From positions 1 through 43,757 of the IMG/VR virus record IMGVR_UViG_3300037851_001503: a DNA stretch of 43,757 bases. One strand, given 5' to 3'. The first letter of the stretch is position 1. The number at the start of each line of letters is the position of its first letter. Both the position numbers and the translations under genes were made by a program. A model generated the notes under the pieces. It ran no database searches. It saw only the letters and a program-made list of their open reading frames with translations, and was not told where the DNA came from. The DNA is from a virus. Its lineage: Duplodnaviria > Caudoviricetes. Below are positions 16,984 through 25,255 of the stretch, piece by piece.

Positions 16984-17499
16984 TTGAAACAACGGCAGAA
17001 GGCGAAGGTGCGCCGTGATCTGGTAACCCGGGCCGCAGCGGCCCTCGCGCTCGGGGTGGCCCCGAACCGGATCAACAAGTGGGTAGGCGACGGCGCCCCG
17101 GTGGCCGTACCTGGCAAGCGCGGGCACTCGGCCATGTACGACCTCGAAGCACTACAGGCATGGCGGGAGGCCCGGCAGCCGGAGGCGGGGGACGCCCTGA
17201 GCCTGGGGGCGGCCCGCGCCCGGCTGGCCGAGGCGCAGGCGGTGAAGTGGGAGCGCGAGAACCTGGTCCGGATGGGCCAGCTGATCGAGCGGGGCGAGGC
17301 TGTCCGGGAGGGCCAGGCGGTGATTGCCGCGCTGAAGGCTCGGCTGCTATCCCTGCCGCGTCAGGCCGTCCTGCGCGGGGCGCTGCAGCGGGAGCACGAA
17401 CCGGTCTTGAGGGGGCTGGTGGTCGAAGCGCTGCGGGAGCTGGCCCGGTGGAAGACCGTGGAAGACGCCGAGACCGCGGAGCGGAGGCGCCCAGCATGA
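16984..17499 (+). CDS. terS: Terminase small subunit (Nu1-like)
   Basis: N-terminal wHTH (ALGV..INKW..GAP...YDL...W), coiled coil, GQLI, LLSLP; TTG start. Confidence 0.85.
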   Translation: MKQRQKAKVRRDLVTRAAAALALGVAPNRINKWVGDGAPVAVPGKRGHSAMYDLEALQAWREARQPEAGDALSLGAARARLAEAQAVKWERENLVRMGQLIERGEAVREGQAVIAALKARLLSLPRQAVLRGALQREHEPVLRGLVVEALRELARWKTVEDAETAERRRPA

Positions 17500-19400
17500 C
17501 GACGGTCCCAGCTCCGGTCGCGCTCACGGCCGCCTGGTGCGCTGCGTTCGAGCCGCCGCCAGAGCTGACGGTGTCGGCCTGGGCGGAGCAGTACCGGCAC
17601 CTCCCCGAGGCGAGTGCTGCACGTGGTGGGCAGTGGAGCAACGCCGCGGCGCCCTACCTCGCCGGGATCATGGACGCCACGCGGGACCCGCGGGTTCGGA
17701 AGATCGCGTTCATGAAGGCGCACCAGTCGGGGGGATCCGAGGCCCTGAACAACGTCATCGGTTTCCACATCCACCACGACCCGTGCCCGATCCTCGTCGT
17801 CCACCCCACCCACCTCGCGGCCGAAGCGTTTTCGAAGGAGCGGCTGGCGGACATGATCCGGTCGACCCCCGAGCTCGCGGCCGTCGTCCGGGACAAGGCC
17901 CAGCCGCGAGTGGTGGCGCACCAGGCCGAAAGCACGCTTGCCCTGAAGATGTTCCCGGGCGGCTTCCTGGCGCTCGGCGGAGCGAACACGCCGAACACCT
18001 TCGCGCGGTGGGCCGTGCGGCTTGCCATCGGGGACGATGTCGATCGGTTCCCTGCGGTCGTAGGTGAGGAAGGGGACCCGGCCGATCTCCTCGTGAACCG
18101 GACGACGAGCTTCTTCGACGCGCTCTCGATCTTCGTCTCGACCCCGACGCTGAAGGGGGGGCGGATCGACACCCTCTATGCCCGCAGCGACCGGCGCCGC
18201 TACTTCGTACCCTGCCCTGCGTGTGGCCGGCGGGACTGGATGACCTGGAGCGACCCGGATCACTTCCGGGTGGTCTACGACGGAAACGACGCCGAAACGG
18301 CGCGGCTCGAGTGCCCCTGCGGGGCCCGCGTGTTGGAGCCGGAGCGGCGGGCCATCGTGGCGCAGGGCGAGTGGCGGGCCACGCGGGAGCCGGACGAAGC
18401 CGGCCTCGTGGGCTTCCATCTCCCGGCCATGGTCTCGACCCTCGGGGATGTGACGCTGCCCGGCCTTGTGGCGAAGTGGCTGTCCGCCCGCGCTCGTGGG
18501 AGGGAGGCCCTCCGGGTCTTCATCAACACCAGCCTCGCCGAGGGCTGGGAGGACCGCGGAGCTCGGCTTGAGGCCCACACCCTGCTCAGCCGGCGAGAGT
18601 CCTACGGCGAGGATGTGGACGTCCCGGCGGAGGCGCCGTGCCTCACGGCCGGCGTCGATGTCCAGGTGGACTACTTCGCGCTGCAGGTCATGGCGTGGGG
18701 GGCGGCGGGAGAGCGCTGGGTAGTGGACTGGCGCTCGATCCCTGGCAGCCCGAAGCGGGCGGAGACTCAGGCGGCGCTTCTGGAGGCCCTCACCGCCCGG
18801 TACCGCCACGCCTCCGGGCACTTCCTTCCGATCCACGCGACATGCGTCGACTCGGGCTATGCGACCGAGGAGATCTACGATTTCGTGCTGGCGCATCAGC
18901 AACGGCGGATCTACGCCACGAAGGGCATCGCCGGCCGCTCGGGGGAGCCCATCATCGGCCGAGTGAACGAGCGCACCTACGGGCGCCGCGGACGTCCGGT
19001 CAGGCTGTACCCGGTCAACGTCGATGACGCCAAGGCCGAGGTGATGGGCGCTCTCGCGGTCACGGCGCCCGGGCCGGGCTGCCTGCACTTTCCCGAGCTC
19101 GTGGACGAAGAGTATTTCGCCCAACTCTGTGCTGAGCACCGCGAGATCCGGACGAACAAATCCGGTATCGCCACGCACACGGTGTGGGTGCAGGACCGGG
19201 AGCGGAACGAGGCCCTCGACACGGCGGTGCTGGCCCTCGCAGCGTTCCGGCTCCTCGCGCCGAACATCCGTCACATGGCCGACACCCTGGCCGCGACGAC
19301 GCCTCCGCCTGGGGGTGGGGAGCCAGGACCGGCCCCGGCACCGAGGCCGGCGCCATCCGCTGAGCGTCGCGTGAGCAGGAGTGGGTACCTTGGGAGATAG
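17496..19400 (+). CDS. terL: Terminase large subunit (GpA family)
   Basis: TVSAWAE, PYL.GIMD, EGDP, STPT, CPAC, GVDVQ, DSGY, RNEALD. Confidence 0.97.
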   Translation: MTTVPAPVALTAAWCAAFEPPPELTVSAWAEQYRHLPEASAARGGQWSNAAAPYLAGIMDATRDPRVRKIAFMKAHQSGGSEALNNVIGFHIHHDPCPILVVHPTHLAAEAFSKERLADMIRSTPELAAVVRDKAQPRVVAHQAESTLALKMFPGGFLALGGANTPNTFARWAVRLAIGDDVDRFPAVVGEEGDPADLLVNRTTSFFDALSIFVSTPTLKGGRIDTLYARSDRRRYFVPCPACGRRDWMTWSDPDHFRVVYDGNDAETARLECPCGARVLEPERRAIVAQGEWRATREPDEAGLVGFHLPAMVSTLGDVTLPGLVAKWLSARARGREALRVFINTSLAEGWEDRGARLEAHTLLSRRESYGEDVDVPAEAPCLTAGVDVQVDYFALQVMAWGAAGERWVVDWRSIPGSPKRAETQAALLEALTARYRHASGHFLPIHATCVDSGYATEEIYDFVLAHQQRRIYATKGIAGRSGEPIIGRVNERTYGRRGRPVRLYPVNVDDAKAEVMGALAVTAPGPGCLHFPELVDEEYFAQLCAEHREIRTNKSGIATHTVWVQDRERNEALDTAVLALAAFRLLAPNIRHMADTLAATTPPPGGGEPGPAPAPRPAPSAERRVSRSGYLGR

Positions 19401-20211
19401 GCCCCGCTTCGTCTCGCTGTGGTTCGGCGATAACCCGCAGTTCGAGCGGATGGCCCGTGTCCTCGAGTTCACGGCGCGCCGGCACTGCCCGGGATGGTCG
19501 ATCGAGGTGCAGAGGATTGCACCCGCGATGCCACGGTTCAGCCCGCTCGGGATCGCCAGCCACGCGCTGAACACACAGAAGATGGACGCCTGGCGAGACG
19601 TGATCGCATCGGCGCCGGACGGCGACCGGATCCTGCTGATCGACTCGGACACGGTGATCCTGCGCTCGCTGGACTCCGCGTGGGATGACGAGTTCGACCT
19701 GGCCTACACGGTGAAGGATTCCAATCGCTTCCCCTTTAACAGCGGGGTCGTGTTCCTGCGGGCTGGGCCAGGCGCTCGCGCCTTCGCCGATGCCTGGCAG
19801 AAGGAGAACGTGCGTCTCTTGGAGACACCGAAGGAGCACGTGAAGTGGCGCTCGAGATACGGAGGCTGCAACCAGGCGGCGCTCGGGGCGATGTTGGAGG
19901 GCGGGGTGGTCTCCCGGCTGGGGCTGCGGGTCGTCAAGCTGCCCTGTCTGGAGTGGAACTGCGAGGACTCGTCGTGGGCGGGGTTCGACCCGGCCCGGAC
20001 GCGGATCGTCCATCTCAAGTCCGGCCTGCGGCGGGCCGTTTTTGCGCTGGGCCCAATGAACGCCCGACTGGCCCGGCTCGCACACATCTGGAAGGCCCTT
20101 GAGCGCGAGGCCGGGGGCCCGCCGCCGGCTCCTGGCGCGGTAGTGGCGCCGTCTCTCTCCCCCAGGGTGGCGCGGTTGGGGTGGCGGCGACTTCGTGTGC
20201 GGACCCGATGA
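19381..20211 (+). CDS. Nucleotide-diphospho-sugar transferase (GT-A fold)
   Basis: LLIDSDTVI (DxD), FNSGVVFL, NQAAL, WN, IVHLK; start uncertain. Confidence 0.85.
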   Translation: MGTLGDRPRFVSLWFGDNPQFERMARVLEFTARRHCPGWSIEVQRIAPAMPRFSPLGIASHALNTQKMDAWRDVIASAPDGDRILLIDSDTVILRSLDSAWDDEFDLAYTVKDSNRFPFNSGVVFLRAGPGARAFADAWQKENVRLLETPKEHVKWRSRYGGCNQAALGAMLEGGVVSRLGLRVVKLPCLEWNCEDSSWAGFDPARTRIVHLKSGLRRAVFALGPMNARLARLAHIWKALEREAGGPPPAPGAVVAPSLSPRVARLGWRRLRVRTR

Positions 20212-20453
20212 GCGAGAAGCCCTGGCTGACGCTGGGCGAAGTCGCGGCGAGGCTGCACGTCGCCAGGATGACAGCGTGGCGCCTGCTGCGTCCGTTCAGG
20301 GGGCGCTGTCACCTCGCCCGGGCGGGCTCGCACCCGCGGCTGGTGCTGTGGGTGCCGGCCGAGGTGCTGCGCGAGCTGGAGAGCGAGAGGCCCCGTAAGG
20401 CCGGTTCGGCGAAAACCCCGTCAAGCCCTTTTCACCATAGCCTCTCACCATAG
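20208..20453 (+). CDS. Xis/MerR-like HTH protein (candidate late regulator)
   Basis: WLTLGEVAARLHVARMTAWRLL; ATGA coupling. Confidence 0.7.
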   Translation: MSEKPWLTLGEVAARLHVARMTAWRLLRPFRGRCHLARAGSHPRLVLWVPAEVLRELESERPRKAGSAKTPSSPFHHSLSP

Positions 20454-20465
20454 CCTCTCACCTTA
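20432..20465 (+). promoter_or_regulatory. 13-bp tandem direct repeats upstream of the head operon
   Basis: TCACCATAGCCTC twice plus partial TCACCTTA; TACCCT at 20498. Confidence 0.6.
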
Positions 20466-20514
20466 TCAGGCGCCCGGTCTCGGCCGAGAAGCGGCCTTAC
20501 CCTTCTTCCCCAGG

Positions 20515-20721
20515 ATGGCGTTCTCAGAGGCCGACCTCGCGGCAGTCGAGGCCGCCCTGGCGAAGGGCGAGGCCTACGTCATGTTCGCCGACCGCGCGGT
20601 CTCCTACCGCAGCGTGGCCGACCTCGAGAGGGTCCGCGATCGGATCAAGGACGAGCTGGCCGCGGCTTCGGGCGCCGCCCGGCCGAAGCAGACGCTCATC
20701 GTGGCGACGAAGGGGCTGTAG
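20515..20721 (+). CDS. Head-tail joining protein (gpW-like)
   Basis: 68 aa; DL..VE.A...G...V.F.DR.V.YRS..DL; immediately before the portal. Confidence 0.85.
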   Translation: MAFSEADLAAVEAALAKGEAYVMFADRAVSYRSVADLERVRDRIKDELAAASGAARPKQTLIVATKGL

Positions 20722-22358
20722 TGGCTTCCGGCCCGGCGCCTGCCCAACTCGCCCTTCCGCTGGGACGTGGTGTCGCGGTGACGGTCCCCCGGATCCACGC
20801 GTCCGTGTACGAGGCCGCTGCGCAGACGCGGCGCACGGTGGGTTGGCGGGCGCCGTCGACCTCCCCGAACCTCTCGGTCCTCTCGAACCTCGCGACGCTG
20901 CGCGACCGCTCCCGCCAGGCTGTCCGGAACGACGGGTGGGCGAAGGGGACACTCGACAAGCTCGTCACGAACATCATCGGGACGGGGATCAAGCCTCTGT
21001 CGAAGGCGGAGGATCCGGAGTTCCGCCGCGCCGTGCAGGCCTTGTGGCTTCGATGGACGGACGAGAGCGACGCCGACGGTCTCCTGGACTTCTACGGACA
21101 GCAAGCGCAGGCCGTCCGCACCTGGCTGGAGGCCGGCGAGGTCTTCGTTCGCCTTCGGCCGCGGCTGGTTTCCGATGGCCTGAGCGTTCCCCTTCAGGTG
21201 CAGGTGATCGAGCCGGAGCTGTGCCCCTACACCCTCAATCGGGCTCTGCCGAGCGGGAACCGGGTTCGGGCCGGCGTCGAGTTCAACGGCATCGGGAAGC
21301 GCGTGGCGTACTGGTTCCACCCTTCTCGCCCCGGCGCCGAGCAGGACTGGGACGAGAACCAGGTCCGGCGTGTGCCGGCGGATCAGGTCCTCCACATCTA
21401 CGACCCCCTGCGGGCTGGGCAGATCCGCGGGCTGCCGCACCTCACCCAGGCGCTCGTCCGGCTCTACGAGCTGGACAAGTTCGAGGACGCGGTGCTGCTG
21501 CGGAGCCAGATCGCCAACCTCTTCGCGGGCTTCCTGAAGCGGCCGACGAGCGAGGGGTCCGACCTGCATCCGCTGACGGGCCTGGCGCCGGACGGGACGA
21601 CGGACAGTGGCCGGCCGATGCTGAGCCTCGAGCCGGGGACGTTCCAGGAGCTCGGCCCGGGCGAGGAGGTGCAGTTCAACAACCCGCCGATGGCTGACCC
21701 CTTCGGCCCCGCCTTCATGAAGGGTCAGCTGATGGCGGTCTCGGCGGCAACCGGCGTTCCCTACGAGGTCCTGACGGGCGACATGTCGGGCCTGAACGAC
21801 CGCGTGATGCGGGTGGTGCTGCACGAGTTCCGCCGCCAGATCCAGGGCCGGCAGCACCACATCGTGGCCTTCCAGCTCTGTCGGCCCGTGTGGGCGGCCT
21901 GGATGGACCGGGCATTCCTCGCCGGCGCCCTGGTGATTCCCGCCGCGGCATACGAGGCGGACCCACAGGCGTGGGCAGCGGTGAAGTGGATGCCACAGGG
22001 GTGGCCCTACCTGCACCCGGTGCAGGACGTGCAGGCGGCGCAGAGCGCGATTAGGGCCGGCTTCACCTCGCGCTCGGCGGTCGTCTCCGAGCAGGGCGAG
22101 GACGCGGAGCAGATCGACGCCGAGCAGGCCGACGACAACCGCCGGGCGTCGGATCTGGGGCTCGCCTACGAGTCGGGGACGTCGACGCCCCCATCACCGG
22201 AGCCGCGTCGCGATCCCCGCCGCGACGAGCCTCTCCCGCGTGGCCCGCAGGGGCTGGCGGACAAGCCCAAGGCGAGAGTGCAGAAGGTGATTCGCCGCGA
22301 CGAGCGCGGCCTGATCGTCAGCATCGCTGACGTCGAGATCCCAGGGAGTGAAGCATGA
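20721..22358 (+). CDS. Portal protein, lambda family, with C-terminal extension
   Basis: LRDRSR..VRND, GEVF, GVEF..G..VAYW, GQIRGLP, GVPYE.LTGD. Confidence 0.97.
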   Translation: MASGPAPAQLALPLGRGVAVTVPRIHASVYEAAAQTRRTVGWRAPSTSPNLSVLSNLATLRDRSRQAVRNDGWAKGTLDKLVTNIIGTGIKPLSKAEDPEFRRAVQALWLRWTDESDADGLLDFYGQQAQAVRTWLEAGEVFVRLRPRLVSDGLSVPLQVQVIEPELCPYTLNRALPSGNRVRAGVEFNGIGKRVAYWFHPSRPGAEQDWDENQVRRVPADQVLHIYDPLRAGQIRGLPHLTQALVRLYELDKFEDAVLLRSQIANLFAGFLKRPTSEGSDLHPLTGLAPDGTTDSGRPMLSLEPGTFQELGPGEEVQFNNPPMADPFGPAFMKGQLMAVSAATGVPYEVLTGDMSGLNDRVMRVVLHEFRRQIQGRQHHIVAFQLCRPVWAAWMDRAFLAGALVIPAAAYEADPQAWAAVKWMPQGWPYLHPVQDVQAAQSAIRAGFTSRSAVVSEQGEDAEQIDAEQADDNRRASDLGLAYESGTSTPPSPEPRRDPRRDEPLPRGPQGLADKPKARVQKVIRRDERGLIVSIADVEIPGSEA

Positions 22359-22786
22359 GCAAGGGGAACACGTTCGAGAACGATCTGCTGGCCCTGATCT
22401 TCAACGGCACGGCCATCGCGGATCTCGCGGAGAACGACACGAGCTCGCCGCTCACGGCGCTCTACGTCGCGCTGCACACGGCCGATCCGGGCGAAGCCGG
22501 CGCGCAGAACGCGAACGAGACGGCCTACACCGGCTACGCACGCGTGTCGGTCAACCGCAACTCCGGCGGGTGGACCGTCACCGGAGCGAGCGTCTCGCCG
22601 ACCGCGAACATCGACTTCGGGGAATGCACGGCCTCGCCGGGCGCCCCGATCACCCACTTCTCCGTGGGCGTCGCCGTGTCGGGAGCGACCAAGATCCTCT
22701 ACAGCGGGACGGTGACGCCGAACATCACGATGGCGGTGGGCGTGATCCCGCGCCTGAAGACGACGAGCACGATCACCGAGGACTAG
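22355..22786 (+). CDS. Small virion fibre/structural subunit (LYVALHTADPG family)
   Basis: ENDLLALIFN, LYVALHTADPGE, YTGYAR, IDF, ITHF. Confidence 0.75.
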   Translation: MSKGNTFENDLLALIFNGTAIADLAENDTSSPLTALYVALHTADPGEAGAQNANETAYTGYARVSVNRNSGGWTVTGASVSPTANIDFGECTASPGAPITHFSVGVAVSGATKILYSGTVTPNITMAVGVIPRLKTTSTITED

Positions 22787-22794
22787 GCCGGTCC

Positions 22795-23550
22795 ATGGCG
22801 ATCACTCTGTTCGGCACGGCGAAGGACCCGAGCTCCGAGAACGCGGCGAACGCGGGTCCAACCGCCGTTGTCGTTCCACCCGGGTCGATGCTGGCAAACG
22901 ACTACGTCGTCGTCCTGGCTGCGTACCGTGGGACCGGAGTGACCTTGGCGGTCGGCACCGACGGCGGACAGTCGTGGACGTCAGAGACGGCGCGGACCCA
23001 GGGCACCGTCATCACGTCGCGGCTATTCCGGTGCAAGTTCAACGGCACATGGTCCAACAACCCTGACTTCACGGTCACGGCTGGAACGAACGGGATCATC
23101 GCCTACCTGAGCGCGTGGCGTGGCGTGGACCCCTCGACACCAATCGACACCGCGCTCGCTCAGACCGGATTCGCCGCCCCGGCGAACCCGTACGACGTGG
23201 TCCGCGCCGGGCTCACGACAACCTACGACAATGCGGTCGCGATCTACTGGTGGCTGTCGTCGGACAACAACACGTGGGCGCTCCAGGGTTCCCCCGGGCT
23301 GACGCAGCCGGAGGCCATGTGGCGCCAGACGACGACGACGGGGCTGTCGGTGTCGATGGGTTACAAAACCATCGCCACGGGCGGGTCCGCATCGGGGGAT
23401 GCAACCAACAGGCAGACGGCTCTCGGTGGCGACGCCGGGACCACCCACATCATCTCTCTGAAGCCGGCGATCATTCTGCCGCCCCCGTTCCAGACACGGC
23501 CGTTCGGGACGACGGTGCGCTCGCGTCCCGTTGCGACGAGGAGAGCCTGA
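22795..23550 (+). CDS. Thr/Gly-rich beta-sandwich putative virion protein
   Basis: PPG....D.VVV, WRGVD...PID pattern; beta-strand-rich composition. Confidence 0.65.
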   Translation: MAITLFGTAKDPSSENAANAGPTAVVVPPGSMLANDYVVVLAAYRGTGVTLAVGTDGGQSWTSETARTQGTVITSRLFRCKFNGTWSNNPDFTVTAGTNGIIAYLSAWRGVDPSTPIDTALAQTGFAAPANPYDVVRAGLTTTYDNAVAIYWWLSSDNNTWALQGSPGLTQPEAMWRQTTTTGLSVSMGYKTIATGGSASGDATNRQTALGGDAGTTHIISLKPAIILPPPFQTRPFGTTVRSRPVATRRA

Positions 23551-23551
23551 C

Positions 23552-24004
23552 ATGGGGCGCGCCATCTGTGCCTTCGACTCGGGTGCGGTGTCGATCGCCG
23601 CGAACACGACCAAGACCCTCTGGGGGCTGACGGCGCCGAGCAACCAGGGGATCGCCTGGCTGCGGTTCATCCTGTCGTGCGAGGGCGTCGCTGCCACGGA
23701 CAAGCCCGCCCTGGTGGAGTGGGGTGTGGTGACGGGAGGGACGTTCAGCGGGGGGACAGAGCAACTCATCCAGTCTCCCGGCGGGGCACTGACGCCGCAA
23801 GCTGCCGCTCTCACCTACTCGGTCGAGCCCACGTGGACCGTGAAGGGGTCGGTCTACGTCCACCTCCAGAGCGGGTACGAGCTCGTGTTCCAGCGCGGGC
23901 AGGACGAGGTCGCCTACTACAACGCGACGTGGGCCCTGAGGGTCACGAATCCGACCGGGAACAGCACCACGAACGTCCGCTCGACGATCTGGTGGGAGGA
24001 GTAG
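23552..24004 (+). CDS. Beta-rich putative virion protein
   Basis: 150 aa, AGGAG RBS, ends IWWEE. Confidence 0.6.
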   Translation: MGRAICAFDSGAVSIAANTTKTLWGLTAPSNQGIAWLRFILSCEGVAATDKPALVEWGVVTGGTFSGGTEQLIQSPGGALTPQAAALTYSVEPTWTVKGSVYVHLQSGYELVFQRGQDEVAYYNATWALRVTNPTGNSTTNVRSTIWWEE

Positions 24005-24487
24005 GTGTCCACCACTCGTTACTCCCTGACGCCGGAAGCGGCGCACTTCCCCACGTCGAACTTCCCGGCGCTCTCGGTCGTCAACGCGCGGCCGGTGCTC
24101 GCGTTCGACCAGACGACGCAGGAGACCTGCTACTGGACCTTCGTCGCGCCACAGGGGCTGACGGGCACCCTGTCGGTGATCGTTCACCTATTCGGCAACG
24201 GAGCCGGGACGAACCCGACGTATTGGGAGGCGGCGATCGAAGCGGTAACGCCCGGGGACTCCACGGACCTCGACGCGGCGACGAGCTTCGACAGCGTTAA
24301 CTCAGGCAACGTTGCCATGCCGGCGACCCAGGGCCATCAGACGAGCCTCAGCATCACGCTGACGAACGCCGACTCCATCGCGGCTGGGGACTACGTCCGC
24401 CTGTCGTTGGCGCGCGACGCCGACAACGGCAGCGACACGTTCGCCGCGGATGCGTACGTGACGCTCGTCGAGCTGCGCGAGGGATAG
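24005..24487 (+). CDS. Beta-rich putative virion protein
   Basis: 160 aa, GGAGGAG RBS; AAGDYVRLSLARDA motif. Confidence 0.65.
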   Translation: MSTTRYSLTPEAAHFPTSNFPALSVVNARPVLAFDQTTQETCYWTFVAPQGLTGTLSVIVHLFGNGAGTNPTYWEAAIEAVTPGDSTDLDAATSFDSVNSGNVAMPATQGHQTSLSITLTNADSIAAGDYVRLSLARDADNGSDTFAADAYVTLVELREG

Positions 24488-24493
24488 AGCGCG

Positions 24494-25252
24494 ATGGCCC
24501 TGAGAACCGACGCGACGGGAGAGTACCTCTCGCTGGCGTCGGCGCCCGCGCGGCATGCGTTCACCATGACCGCCTGGTGGCAGTGGAGCCAGGACACCGG
24601 CCAGAGCTACGGGCAGGGCGGCATCGGCTGGGGTCAAGACGCAAGCCACTACGCCGGCATGACCTACTGGACGAGCGGGGCCATCTACCGCAACTCCTAC
24701 GACAACGCGGCGGAGACCTCGGCGGGCGGAGCCTGCACGGTCGGTAACTGGTACTTCATCACCATCCAGCAGGACGACACCTACAACAAGGGCGACATGG
24801 TCGAGGACGGCGTCGCGATCTCTCTCGCCCAGCACGACCACTGGGGGACGTGGACGACGCCGGCTTACATAAATATCGGCTACGACGCGAACCACAACTT
24901 CCACGGGAACCAGCGGATCGCCCACGTCAAGGTGTGGAACGCGGTTCTCTCAGTCGCGGAGCTGGAGAACGAACGCTACTCCGTAGTGCCCAAGAGGCGG
25001 ACGAACCTATGGGCGTGGTGGCCCCTCATCAGCACCACGAAGGCGGACGCTCTCAAGGACTACAGCGGCAACGGGCGCAACCTGATCGAGAACGGCACGT
25101 GCGCGATCGAGGACGGGCCGCCGGTCCCGTGGGGCGCGCCCCCGTTGACCGCCCACGGCGAGGCCGTGGTGATCCCCCCCGACTACGGCACCCCCTACGC
25201 ACACGAAGGGGTGTTCCCGTTCTCGTCGGTCTGGCGGGCGGCGAGGGTATAG
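24494..25252 (+). CDS. LamG / concanavalin A-like lectin domain protein
   Basis: FTMTAW, GNWYFI, IAHVKVWNAVLS..E, WWPL, DYSGNGRNL. Confidence 0.85.
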   Translation: MALRTDATGEYLSLASAPARHAFTMTAWWQWSQDTGQSYGQGGIGWGQDASHYAGMTYWTSGAIYRNSYDNAAETSAGGACTVGNWYFITIQQDDTYNKGDMVEDGVAISLAQHDHWGTWTTPAYINIGYDANHNFHGNQRIAHVKVWNAVLSVAELENERYSVVPKRRTNLWAWWPLISTTKADALKDYSGNGRNLIENGTCAIEDGPPVPWGAPPLTAHGEAVVIPPDYGTPYAHEGVFPFSSVWRAARV

Positions 25253-25255
25253 CCG

